A stretch of 64,000 bases of DNA from an uncultured Hormoscilla sp. (lineage in GTDB: Bacteria > Cyanobacteriota > Cyanobacteriia > Cyanobacteriales > Desertifilaceae), in the NCBI GenBank assembly GCA_963921275.4, contig OZ001293.3:5760001-5824000 (forward strand), read 5' to 3'. Below, piece by piece: positions 1-10,725 of this stretch. Numbering within the stretch: position 1 is the first letter of the stretch; each line of letters starts with the position of its first letter. The notes under the pieces were generated by a model. It saw only the letters and a program-made list of their open reading frames with translations. It was not told the DNA's origin and did not search any database. The position numbers and the translations under genes are program-made.

Positions 1-2
1 AG

Positions 3-434
3 ATGTCCTTCAAATATACCAGAACTGTTAGATTTGCCGATACTGATGCTGCTGGCGTTGTTTACTTTGCCAATGTCTTGAGTATGTGTCACGAAACCTA
101 CGAAGCAGCCTTGGCCGCTGCTGGCATTGACCTGAAGTCCTTTTTCTCTAACCCAGCTACTGCTTTTCCCATTGTTCACACCAGTGTTGACTTGCACCGT
201 CCGATCTGCTGCGGCGATCGCCTACTGATTCACCTCACTCTCCGGCAGCAGAGTGAGGATAACTTTGAACTAGCCTACCAAGTTCAACTGGCCGATCGCT
301 TCGTCGCGATCGCCATCACCAAACATGTCTGCATCGATCCAGCTAGCAGAACCCGCCAACCCTTGCCAGCTGAGATCGAACAATTTCTGCAAAATTTATC
401 TGAATTATGTATTAACGACTACAGCTTAATATAA
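3..434 (+). CDS. menI: 1,4-dihydroxy-2-naphthoyl-CoA thioesterase (hotdog fold)
   Basis: RTVRFADTDAAGVVYFAN 4HBT-type thioesterase motif; lies next to menE/menC/menA. Confidence 0.85.
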   Translation: MSFKYTRTVRFADTDAAGVVYFANVLSMCHETYEAALAAAGIDLKSFFSNPATAFPIVHTSVDLHRPICCGDRLLIHLTLRQQSEDNFELAYQVQLADRFVAIAITKHVCIDPASRTRQPLPAEIEQFLQNLSELCINDYSLI

Positions 435-889
435 TTTTAATATTTTAAGAGAAAATTAACATTCGGCGACTGGCTCCCGACAGCATCCGCCATCAGCGAC
501 AATAAAAGGAAGAGAACATGAGAATAGAACAAGCTTTCGATCGGCAATTGCGACAGCGATGTCTCCTGTGTGCCGAGTCCCCTGGGACAAGAGTTCTGGC
601 AGAGATATCGAAGGGATATTGGGATCGAGTGGACATATGCCAGCAAGGGAACGGGCGGATGCACTGGCGCTAGCATGGTCTAATCCCAATCTCGCCGCAG
701 ACTCGGATACCATGTTTAAGCTGGTCTGGATCCTGTCTTCCAGTACCAGATTTAGCGACTTAGCCCGCATCTTAAACCAGACCCTACTGAGTTGGCCAAA
801 AACGGAGAGCTGCTGCCAGCAACTAAGTCTTATGTAAAATATCTCTGGAAGTTGATAATCTGGAGTTCTCTGGCTACCGGTGAATGTTT

Positions 890-2341
890 TTAAGTTTGCA
901 TCTTCGCCAAGGCAATTTGCCCCAGCAGTTCCCGGTTTACCTTACCCTGCCCATTGCGGGGTAAGCTGTCTACGGCGACCCAATGTTTAGGGCGTTTGTA
1001 CTTGCTTAATTTATCGGCGATCGCCCTTTGTAGCCGATCGATAGAAACGTGATCGGACTTGGGGACGTAGACAACTGTGACTACTTCACCCCATTGGACA
1101 TCAGGTAACCCGATCGCGCAGACATCACTCACCAACTCGGTTGCTAGCAATGCTGCTTCGACTTCAGCGGGAAAGACATTCTTTCCTCCGGTGATGATTT
1201 TGTGACTCTGACGTCCGACAATGTGCAAGTAACCCTGAGGATCGAAATAACCTATGTCATCCGTTCCCATGGAGAAGGCGGCCGATTGGGTTTCGATGTC
1301 TCCGCCATAGTAACCTAATGTTAGGGACTCAGCATCTATGGCGATCGCCCCAGTCTGGTTAACGTCCAGTCTTTCTCCATCCGGGCCAGTTATGGTAACT
1401 TGAGCATGGGGCAAAACCCGACCGCAACTGTTATTACCAGCCAGAAAATCTGCGGGTTTAAGAGTGACTATCCCAGATGCAGTTTCGGTCATCCCGTAGG
1501 TAAGGGCTAAGGGAATATTGTAGTTTCTAGCAGTTGACAGCAGAGAGTCCCAAGCAGGGGCCCCCCCCAAGAGAACAGTTTCAAACCGAGATAACCAACT
1601 ACTATGTTTTTCTAGCAATCTTTGCAGCTGGGTGGGTACGAGAGAAATAAAGAAATTAGTTACATCATTATTGCCGTCACCCGGGATCGACTTAAATGGC
1701 CGAATTACTAGCTTCCCGCCGGTAGTAAAGGAACGCAGGCACTGCATTAAGCCGCTGACGTGATCTAGGGGTAAGACACAGAAAGAATTAATCGCCGTTT
1801 TCCCAAAATACTGTTGAAATCCTTTCACAGATGCCATCAAGGTTTCCCAAGTATGGATGGCAAAGCGAATCTTTCCAGATGAACCCCCCGTGGGAATCAT
1901 GATTTGCACGGCTGGCGCCGCGCTGCCGCGAATGCGCTGCGCGCACGCTACGCGAACAGAAATCAGATCATTTTCAAAGCCCGCGCAGGCGGGCTTCGTT
2001 CCTGTAGCCCCACCCTTTAGGGTAGGGGTGGGGAATGGAAAAGAAGGTGGTTGTCCTAAGATTAGGTCGGGTTGAACGAGGTAAAATACTTGCTGCCATT
2101 CTTGTTCCACCCAATGGGGGTTACATAAAAAAACGGGACAATTAGCTGCCACCGCAGCAATGAACCCAGCTATAAATTTAACAGGTTCTGCTTCAGCTAG
2201 TAGAATAACAGGTGGTTTATCCTGCTGGGCGAATTTCTCGAATAACTCCTGACTTAGCTGAGTGAATTGGTGAGAGTTATCACTTATCAACCAATGATCG
2301 ACCAGACGCTTTTGCCACAGTTCCTTTAATGATTGTCCCAT
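890..2341 (-). CDS. menE: o-succinylbenzoate-CoA ligase, with in-frame repeat insertions
   Basis: PTGGSSG, TYGMTET and GRQSHKIITGG adenylate-forming enzyme motifs; men cluster context. Confidence 0.9.
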   Translation of the reverse strand: MGQSLKELWQKRLVDHWLISDNSHQFTQLSQELFEKFAQQDKPPVILLAEAEPVKFIAGFIAAVAANCPVFLCNPHWVEQEWQQVFYLVQPDLILGQPPSFPFPTPTLKGGATGTKPACAGFENDLISVRVACAQRIRGSAAPAVQIMIPTGGSSGKIRFAIHTWETLMASVKGFQQYFGKTAINSFCVLPLDHVSGLMQCLRSFTTGGKLVIRPFKSIPGDGNNDVTNFFISLVPTQLQRLLEKHSSWLSRFETVLLGGAPAWDSLLSTARNYNIPLALTYGMTETASGIVTLKPADFLAGNNSCGRVLPHAQVTITGPDGERLDVNQTGAIAIDAESLTLGYYGGDIETQSAAFSMGTDDIGYFDPQGYLHIVGRQSHKIITGGKNVFPAEVEAALLATELVSDVCAIGLPDVQWGEVVTVVYVPKSDHVSIDRLQRAIADKLSKYKRPKHWVAVDSLPRNGQGKVNRELLGQIALAKMQT

Positions 2342-3447
2342 AACTCTTTTAGCCAGTTGTTCTCATTCTCGGTAAACCATTGCTTGACGCCAAAACCAAC
2401 GGCTCTTTGATGTCTCCGGAGAGCGCTAGAAGCACTACTCCCGATGTGCGAATGCGCTGCGCGCACGCTGCGCGGACGCACATCTTCGGCGTCTTCCGCA
2501 TGCTCTTGTCCTGAAGGACGCGGCATGCTCCAGACACCGCGAAGACATCGATTACCTGTTTGTAGTTCGGCGGCTAGCTTTAAGGCCGCATTTCTGCCAA
2601 TGGCGGTTTCCATCACAGAGGAGAATACAATGTCGAGCGGGTGCGATCGGCAAAACTGACGCAAGCGGGATGGCGAACCCGCGATCGCCGCTTTAATTAC
2701 AAATATGGATCGCCAACCTCGATGATAACAGGTTTCGAGGCGATCGAGAGTTGCCACCGATTCATCTAAGGCGATGGGAGTAGCATACTGTTCAGACAAT
2801 TCTTGCATCTCTTCAAACTTTTCTACTCCTAGGGGTTGTTCCATAAATTCTACAGCTTTACCTTCACAAGCATCTAGCCACTGACAAGCTTCTTCCCAGG
2901 TAAGTCCACCATTAGCATCCAAGCGCAATTTTGTCCCCAGCGGCAGTTCTTTTCTCAGTAAGCCAAATATTTTCAGTTCTTCAGCAATGGGAATAACGCC
3001 TATTTTCCACTTAAATGTCCGATATCCCTGATGCCAGAAACCTAGCCATGACTGCAAACTTTCTGGTCCAGCTGGTAACAAGCAGCTATAGGTAAGACTG
3101 TCCTCCTGTAAGCCCGCGCAGGCTGGCTTCGTTCCTGTAGCCCCACCTGTTAGGGTGGGGGTCTCAAAGCCAAACTGACAGGCAGGTAAATCATCAGGGA
3201 TTGCCTTAATGATATCGGATGTTATTTCTGATGGCAAATCAGAGCAGAATGAGTGGCTTTGTTCGCAAGTTTCCGAACCAAACCAGGGTAAAGGGGCAAT
3301 TTCTCCCCAACCGACTTTCCCAGTTGCATCCGTGAGGCGAATAATGATGCCTTGGCGGACATTCCAGCTGCCGTGACTGGTAGTAAGCGATCGCCTAAAT
3401 TTTCGCTGGTAGGGACGAAACTCAAATTGGTAAGCTCCAGCCATCAT
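2326..3447 (-). CDS. menC: o-succinylbenzoate synthase, with in-frame repeat insertions
   Basis: Enolase superfamily motifs KWKIG, LRLDANGG, EQP, ALDES; ATG at 3447 overlaps the menA stop codon. Confidence 0.9.
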   Translation of the reverse strand: MMAGAYQFEFRPYQRKFRRSLTTSHGSWNVRQGIIIRLTDATGKVGWGEIAPLPWFGSETCEQSHSFCSDLPSEITSDIIKAIPDDLPACQFGFETPTLTGGATGTKPACAGLQEDSLTYSCLLPAGPESLQSWLGFWHQGYRTFKWKIGVIPIAEELKIFGLLRKELPLGTKLRLDANGGLTWEEACQWLDACEGKAVEFMEQPLGVEKFEEMQELSEQYATPIALDESVATLDRLETCYHRGWRSIFVIKAAIAGSPSRLRQFCRSHPLDIVFSSVMETAIGRNAALKLAAELQTGNRCLRGVWSMPRPSGQEHAEDAEDVRPRSVRAAHSHIGSSASSALRRHQRAVGFGVKQWFTENENNWLKELWDNH

Positions 3448-4349
3448 CCTCCTGACACCCAGAAACCAATACCTAACAACAGTCCGCTCCAGAAATGCAA
3501 TTCTATCGCCATAAATTTGCAATTTTTCACCATTTCCGGTTGGTCATGATGAGTACCTACATGGCGGCAAAGCTTGAACGCTGCGGGCAAACTTAAGAAG
3601 CTGAGTAAAGTCCACAAGGGGAATATCCCCCAGATTACCAAAATAGCGATCAGGGTAAAGATGCTGCCACAAAACCACCATAACAGCTGTGCCCCGGTTT
3701 GCGTACCCAGGCGGACGATCGGTGATCGCTTTCCTGCTGCCAGATCGTCTTGGACTTGATGAAAATGGGAACAAAACAGGATTAAAGTAGTAGTCAGGCC
3801 GACAATTATCGAAATTGCCAGATTAATCAGGGACCAACTCTGAGTTTGACTGTAGTAAGCAGCGGATAACGCTATGGGTCCAAAGGCAAAAAAGCAGAGA
3901 ATCTCGCCCAAACCTTGGTAACCTAGACGAAAGGGCGGACCTTGATACATATATCCGAGGGCGCAGCAGGCAAGGATTAACCCCATCGCCGTTAAATCTT
4001 GCTGCCACCAACAGATTAACATAATTTCCAGAATGCCGAGGGCTAAACAAAGATTACCTAACCAGAAAATTAAAGATTTGTTGCCCGTCAGGTTAACCAG
4101 GGAATGGTGTTTATTTCGATCGATCCCAGTCTCTGAGTCAAATACGTCGTTACTGATATTCTCCCAGGCCAGAATGAAAATTGCCCCACTGACAAAGGTG
4201 GCAAATAGCCACCAATCTATGCTGTGCCGCTCAAAAACAGCCACCGAAGTTCCTACCCAAATTGGCATGATTGCTACGCTATACATGGGCGGTTTAATCG
4301 CCGCTAGCCATAATTTTCTGTTCGATCGCTCAATTGTCTGATTAGTCAT
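3444..4349 (-). CDS. menA: DHNA phytyltransferase (UbiA family)
   Basis: AAIKPPMYSVA, NDVFD and D-rich QDDLAAGKRS motifs; multiple transmembrane segments. Confidence 0.92.
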   Translation of the reverse strand: MTNQTIERSNRKLWLAAIKPPMYSVAIMPIWVGTSVAVFERHSIDWWLFATFVSGAIFILAWENISNDVFDSETGIDRNKHHSLVNLTGNKSLIFWLGNLCLALGILEIMLICWWQQDLTAMGLILACCALGYMYQGPPFRLGYQGLGEILCFFAFGPIALSAAYYSQTQSWSLINLAISIIVGLTTTLILFCSHFHQVQDDLAAGKRSPIVRLGTQTGAQLLWWFCGSIFTLIAILVIWGIFPLWTLLSFLSLPAAFKLCRHVGTHHDQPEMVKNCKFMAIELHFWSGLLLGIGFWVSGG

Positions 4350-4475
4350 TCTATTTCCTGGAGTGGCTGTGGCGTGAGGACCGCTTTACATTTTACGTTA
4401 AATGAGTTTTCTGCGGATTTCGGTTCGTCCTTTTTGCAAAGTATATTAAGTAATTATAATGTTGTATTTTTACTG

Positions 4476-4513
4476 TTTCAACTGTAGGTGGCTGAAGCCA
4501 CCTACAGTTGAAA
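4476..4513. terminator. Perfect 17-bp stem hairpin, probable terminator
   Basis: TTTCAACTGTAGGTGGC-TGAA-GCCACCTACAGTTGAAA just downstream of the 4534 stop codon. Confidence 0.6.
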
Positions 4514-4533
4514 TTCCTTAAATTCGCTTAGGC

Positions 4534-6883
4534 TTACACGAAGAGAGGAGAGTATAGTAGACCGCCTTCGGTGATGACACCGGAGCCGATCGGGGGGGTG
4601 TCGGGGAAGGGAAAGTTGCGATCATAAATCTCTTGCCAGTTGCCTACAGATGAGATGGCGTCTACGACAAAGTCATCCCTTAGACTTAGGCGAAAGCCTA
4701 GGTCTCCTGTTACTCCTAAGAAACGCCGGATAGCTGGATCGTCGCTATTTAGGAAGTCATTGACATTTTCTGAGGTAATGCCAAATTCTGCTGCTTGGAT
4801 GGTTGCATAAACTGTCCAAGTGACTATGTCCTTCCACTCTGATTGGTTTTCATCGACTATCACCGCCAGGGGTTCTTTTGATAAGCCTGTTACAATCGCC
4901 CGCGAGGGTATACGTTCCCCGGCAGGAACGTTTAAGGCCAGGGACTGGATGAAGCTACCATCACCTGTGATGGCGTCTACTTCTCGATTTTGATAGGCAT
5001 CGTTTAGTTCGGTCGGGCTGTCAAAGGTGACTAGGTTGAGGGTTATGCCATATTCGTCGGCTGCCTCTTGGATGTTCAGTTCGGAGGTTGTATCGGCGAT
5101 TACCCCGACATCGCGACCGTCCAAATCTTCAAAGGAGTTGAGGGTGCTCTCGAGAGGGGCCCATAATATTTGACTGTCGTAAAGGGTAACTGGTCCATAG
5201 TCTATGCCTAGGAGGGCGTCGCGTCCTAGGGTATATGTGAGGGCCCGGGCGGCGACGTCTACTATGCCGTTGGCGACGTCGCTAAACCGGTTTTCTGGTT
5301 CTGAGACTACAAATTCTACGGCTTTGGGGTCGCCGAATACTGCGGCTGCGATCGCGCGTCCGTAGTCAACGTCAAACCCGGTGTATTCTCCGTTTTGTAA
5401 TAAGCCTAGACCGGGCGCGGACCCTGGTACTCCTACGCGGACGTGGCCCCGGGCGAGGATTTCTTCCAGGACGTTGCGATCGTTGTTATTGATTATTGGG
5501 GTATTGGGCGGGGCTGTCCCGGTGAAGGGTGGGGAGTAGATCAGGCCCCCACGGCTGGCGCCGCGCTATCGCGAACGGTCCATACTTGGTTCTGGCCGCG
5601 AGGCATGATTTCCTCGTTGAAGTTGCGGGCGTAGATTTCCCCGTAGTTCCCTACTTTTTCGATGATGTTGACTATGAAGTTGTTGTCCAGGCCCAGGGCT
5701 GTGCCGAATTGGCTTTGGGTGTTTAGGAACCGTGCGATCGCGGGGTCTGGGCTGTTGAGATGGTCTTGGATGTTGTCGGATGTGATACCTAGTTCTTCAG
5801 CTTGAAAAGTAGCGTGGATGGTCGAGTTTACTATATCAGCGAAGTCTGATTGGTTTTCAGGGATGATAAATCAGACAGTGTCCCGGGAGAGCACGTCGTC
5901 TAGTATCTGGTGGTCATCGGGATTGGGGAGGCGGGGGATGATGCTGGCCAGGAGTGCGCGGCTGCCGATGGATAAGGCATCAATTTCTTGGGCTAAGTAG
6001 GCGCGCAGCATGGCGCTGACTGTCGGAAGCTGGTTATGGAGACTGCTACATCAGCGTCTTGCGAGGCGTCTGCCAGGCTTTGACCGGCTGTGGAGTCTTG
6101 GATTACTCCCACCGTGAGTCCGTCTAGGTCGGTGATGGAGGCGATGCCGCTGTTGACTGGGGCGAGTATACCTGCTCCGTCGTGGAAGATGGGAGTGCTG
6201 TAGTCTATGTTCTGGCTAGCGTCGCGGGTCAGGGTTTGGGCGGCGGCGGATAGGTCTACGGCCCCGGTTGCGACGTTGCCGAAGCTTTGGGCGAATTCCT
6301 GTGCTTGGTAGCGGATAGCTTGGGGGTCGTTGAATAGGGCTACAGCTATGGCCCGGCTGACGTCGATCGCCAGTCCGCTGTAGGAGCCGGAAGAGTCGGC
6401 GGTGCTTAGCCCCGGGAAGTCAACGCTGGCGCCGGCCCGCAGGTAGCCGCGTTCCCGTATCTGGTCTAGGAGTGAGATGGGGGCCGGTTCTTCTGGGGGT
6501 TCTATTATGAAGTTTGCGGGGGTTAGAGTCCGGGCCTGGGTGTTTCGGAGTATAGCCACGTCTTCCCTGCGAAGTTGTATGACCGTGTCAGGGCCTATTT
6601 GTTCCACTCTCATGGAGTTGATTTCCCCCAGAGAGTAACCCCGGATTTGGATGATGTCTCTTGTCTGCCTGTACTCGGGAAATTCCTGGGGTTGCTGGGG
6701 CGGGGTTGTACTGTCGGGCAGTCGCAGGGTAAATATGCGGGATGGGTCGGAGGTATCGGATTCATCTGTTGTTAGAGGTTGGGCTTCATTCATGGCGGCC
6801 TGGAAGTTATGTTCTGTGTTCATGGATGGGTTGTTTGCTGTTGTATGGTTGATTACGAAACCGAAGGAGTCTGTGGATGACAT
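4534..6883 (-). pseudogene. Tandem two-domain amino acid ABC substrate-binding protein (AapJ-like), broken by two -1 frameshifts
   Basis: Two family-3 SBP domains, each ending in GGL(I/L)YSP; frame breaks near 6024 and at the C5 run 5546-5550; the frame is open between and around these points. Confidence 0.75.
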
Positions 6884-7149
6884 GATCGTGGGTGCGATGG
6901 TGCTGCGCTGGGGCCTGCCGGCGTTCGGGGGGGGCGGACATTCCTGTGAGCATGCCGGTCATGGGATGTTTCTCCTTATGGATTGGAATCCGGTATTAAT
7001 GTATTCGGTGATTCGGGGCCATATCCGGAAGGTTTACTAGGGAATTAAGTTATGGGCGATCTGTGTGGTGTGGGGGTATTTCCTTTTGGGTCAGGGCTAG
7101 CCATCCACTGCTTTTTTCTAGCTTAGTACACTAACTCGCAAAAAGCAAG

Positions 7150-8146
7150 TAAGTAGGTGTGCATTGGTGGATGGGGTCGAGCCGGGAATCGCTTCCCGAC
7201 CCTCCCTTGAGGAACCGGACTTGCGATTTTCACCGCATCCGGCTACTGGGTACTAGGCCCTTTTCATAGGTAGACTTAATAGGAATTACTTCCGTTAGCC
7301 CTTGCCGCCTGTCTTTTCTTCCCTTTCCTGGTTTAGCGAGTGGTTGTTCTGATAACCGTTAGTATCACCATTTTCAAGTCAGTTTTACCAGTTATCCATA
7401 CCTTTATCCTCCACTTGCGTTTCGGATTAGTTCCGTGGCTTTTTAGGATTACTCATTCCAGCAGCTTCCTAGTATCACCGACCCACGTCAGCGCTGGCTA
7501 CCCAGCATCATCTACATTACTGTAGATGTTATCCCAGGAATTACCCCGGGCATTCGCTTCTTGGGCCATCCCTCCCCCCGTGGCTTGCGCTTAACATCTA
7601 ACTTGTCCTGATGGACAGCACACGAGAGGTTACTTCGTTCCCTAACAACATTTCGCGATACCTTTAGGTCCACACTATACCCCGGGAGCTATTTGAGTAC
7701 TATATTAGCCAGAGTCTAAAACTAATACTAGCTACCATTTCCTTTTTAGGCCAGCGCATATAGCCTTATTTCGCTGGTTCCTTATAACGAGGCTTGCACA
7801 TGTTTGCCTGCTCTAACCTTGGATATCTTTTCTAGCGGCGTCACCGGCTTAGGCTGCCAGTTATCCTACATTTGAGTCCTCGCTTAGCACCACGATGATG
7901 TCGCTTCGTAGCACCGAGGACCGGTGTCACCCCCGTACCTGGGGGGAGGGGAATTTAACCCCCATGCGGTCAGAGTTCCCGGCTAATGAAACCGGGCTAG
8001 CGTTCCGTGTTTGACCACGTTAGGCTAGAACGAATCGCACAGACTCGATTATGTTAATTTTTGTTAAGTTGTCTGAAAGCCTCTCCTAGAAACAAATTCA
8101 GCTATTGTACATTACATAGGCTGGTCTATTTGTGTCTACCTACTTA
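7150..8146. mobile_element. Possible MITE hosting the intron
   Basis: 9-bp inverted repeat TAAGTAGGT (7150) / ACCTACTTA (8138-8146) brackets the intron. Confidence 0.4.
7171..8040 (-). ncRNA. ORF-less group II intron (IIB-like)
   Basis: 5' GTGCGATTCGTTCTAG at 8040; domain V GTAGCCGGATGCGGTGAAAATCGCAAGTCCGGTTC; domain VI with bulged A; no RT ORF. Confidence 0.85.
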
Positions 8147-8334
8147 ATATACCGGATTTGCCGTTCTAAAGTAAGTCTATTTGTGAGATTTGTGTAGGTT
8201 TTGCGCCACTAGCAATCAAATCTAGCATAAACAAATAAATTTTCTTAAATTATTGATACCTATAATCCATTTGATTTTACTGAAAACAGCCTCGAATATT
8301 ATAAATGTGTAAGAATGTTGAGCACTTAGTAGCC

Positions 8335-8452
8335 GGTGCATCTCACTTTCGCACGGGCGAAGTGTTGGGACAGGGCATTTGTCTATCTATGACTTATATT
8401 GTCGCCCAAATGCTTCGCCCCTACAGATAGATTTGCAAATATGAGATGCACC
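8335..8452. mobile_element. MITE with GGTGCATCTCA ends
   Basis: TIRs GGTGCATCTCA / TGAGATGCACC; related copy at 37171-37305. Confidence 0.65.
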
Positions 8453-8968
8453 CCTTAGTAGCTGCTCTAACTCAGGTATTATAATAGATTTTGTCAATTG
8501 CGATCGCCCGCTCTAGTCGCACTACCCGGGGGACATCGTAATCGCACTACCCAGGAGACACCGCTAGGTAATTGACAGCCATTGTATTATTATGTAGTAG
8601 CGGCGACCCAACCCCATAGATGTCACGGACTTCTCGACCGTCGTAGTGTCCTGGCAGATGGCTGCCCTTCCCTGTCTCAGAACTTACGCTGCTCAAACTG
8701 TTATACAATACCGTTCGCCTCGAAAGCAGCCGGGGCCGCCCACCATATTAGCCTCTGCTCTATTCTCGATTTTCCCTTGACCATTATCATGCTTTAATAC
8801 CAAAACACGGGCATTTATTGCCCTTCGATATCCCCCAGAGGGGACGCGCCTTAAGCACTACCCAAGAGATATCGAAGCCTCCTGTGTCCTCTATCTAGTC
8901 GAACAATCTGCGTTCTACTGTTAAGAGTGAGAAATATAACTTCACAAAACTTTACCTTATCGGCCCAG

Positions 8969-10501
8969 ATGAGAGTCACCTCCGAGCACGGGAATATATT
9001 TTCAGAACCAAAGGTTCTGGAAAATTTTCTGTTAGGTTGTCAAGAAACAGCTATTGCTAAAGATAGTACAATGATTGTCAGCATATCGCAAGAGATTCCC
9101 CTAGTGGACCCCCTGGCGATAATGGCAGCGATCGCCCCTTCGGAGCGACTGCAGTTTTACTGGGAAAGCGCAGGGGAGGCGATCGCTGCCATTGATGCTG
9201 CCACAAGTATAAAGATAACCCAGGCCGATCGATTCAGAAAAGCCCAAGAATTTATTCATACATGTCTGGCAAATACGATTAGCATTGGCGATCTAGATCG
9301 CCGGTTTGCTGGCCCGCATTTTTTTTGCAGTTTCACATTTTTTGGACAGCAGTCGGAGTCAGTTTTTCCAGCAGCAACAGTGTTTTTACCACGTTTACAG
9401 GTAGCTTGTAGCGCCAAACATTGTATCTTAGTGACGAATTTAGCGATCAGTCTAGGAGCGGACATTAAAAGCATATGCTCAAAGTTATGGTGGGACTGGC
9501 ATAAAATTAGTTTATGCAATAATAACGGATTCCATAAAGCCGCAGGAAATAAATTGCCAAGTGGACAATTATCAGATTACTGTGTCCCTCGGGTAGTGCA
9601 ACTAGCGCTCCCGGGGGACACAGAAGATAAATTCAAGCAGGCGGTGGGTGAAGCATTAGAGTTGATTCGCTCGGAAAGATTGAGTAAAATAGTGATCGCC
9701 CATGGGATCGAGATCCAAGCTAAAGTACCATTTGGGGAGAGAGAAGCGCTGCATAATTTACGCCAGCTCCATGGAGATTGCCATATATTTATGGTAAGTA
9801 ATGGTGAAGGAAAGAGTTTTATCGGGGCGACGCCAGAAAGGTTAATGAGGATTCGGTGTGTTCCGGACAGTGCGATGAGCGCGCTGTGTCCCTCGAGTAG
9901 TGCGACTAGCGCTCCCGGGGGACACAGTTCCGGGACAGAGAATCAGCAGCTATTCACAGAGGCATTAGCCGGTTCAGCACCTCGGGGAAAAACGAGAAGG
10001 GAAGATGCAGATTTTGCCAATAGTTTACTCGCTAGCGAAAAAGAAAGACGGGAACACCAATTTGTGATAGATTATATTAAAGGATGTTTATGGAGGTTGG
10101 GTTTAAGGCCGGAAATATTGCCAATGCCAAAGTTACGAAAACTAGCGAATATCCAACATTTGTGGACCCCGATCGAGGCAAAAGTGCCTCCAGGAGTGCA
10201 TCCTTTGTCAATACTGGCAGCATTGCATCCGACGCCAGCGGTGGCGGGTACGCCCAGAGAAATAGCCTGCCAGGAAATACCTAGGTATGAAAGCTTCGAT
10301 CGGGGTTTATATGCCGCGCCCTTGGGTTGGGTAGATGGACGCGGAAATAGCGAGTTTGTGGTAGGAATTAGGTCAGCGCTGATAGAGGGCGATCGGGCGA
10401 CAGTTTATGCGGGTGCGGGTATAGTAGCCGGTTCCGATCCGGAGAAAGAACTGGCAGAAATTCAGCTGAAATTTCAAGCATTGTTGCAAGCGTTAGTATA
10501 A
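8969..10501 (+). CDS. menF: Isochorismate synthase, with in-frame repeat insertions
   Basis: GATPERL, ALAGSAPRG, KERREH, LHPTPAVAG, RGLYAAPLGW and AGAGIV motifs; alternative GTG start at 8927. Confidence 0.93.
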   Translation: MRVTSEHGNIFSEPKVLENFLLGCQETAIAKDSTMIVSISQEIPLVDPLAIMAAIAPSERLQFYWESAGEAIAAIDAATSIKITQADRFRKAQEFIHTCLANTISIGDLDRRFAGPHFFCSFTFFGQQSESVFPAATVFLPRLQVACSAKHCILVTNLAISLGADIKSICSKLWWDWHKISLCNNNGFHKAAGNKLPSGQLSDYCVPRVVQLALPGDTEDKFKQAVGEALELIRSERLSKIVIAHGIEIQAKVPFGEREALHNLRQLHGDCHIFMVSNGEGKSFIGATPERLMRIRCVPDSAMSALCPSSSATSAPGGHSSGTENQQLFTEALAGSAPRGKTRREDADFANSLLASEKERREHQFVIDYIKGCLWRLGLRPEILPMPKLRKLANIQHLWTPIEAKVPPGVHPLSILAALHPTPAVAGTPREIACQEIPRYESFDRGLYAAPLGWVDGRGNSEFVVGIRSALIEGDRATVYAGAGIVAGSDPEKELAEIQLKFQALLQALV

Positions 10502-10520
10502 GTAATCGCCATGAGAAATG

Positions 10521-10619
10521 GGTGTGGTCATGCATTAGTTGCATTAGTAGAGAATAATATTCTCTCGAGATAATTGCACAAGGGGATCCCATCAAAACCC
10601 AACAGGTTTTGACCACACC
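10521..10619. mobile_element. MITE with GGTGTGGTCA ends
   Basis: GGTGTGGTCA...TGACCACACC; same ends as the element at 37548-37948. Confidence 0.5.
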
Positions 10620-10725
10620 TATTTCATACAGTATATAGCCCAAATTTCTCCGCCATGCCGTTTTTGGGTAAATTACAAGGCGAGAGGCGCGAATTTTGAA
10701 CGACAGTGGGTGCCCACCCTATGCA

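Noticed and set aside
437..837. Three overlapping short ORFs between menI and menE
   Set aside because: No recognisable motif; partly made of a palindromic repeat (557-610)
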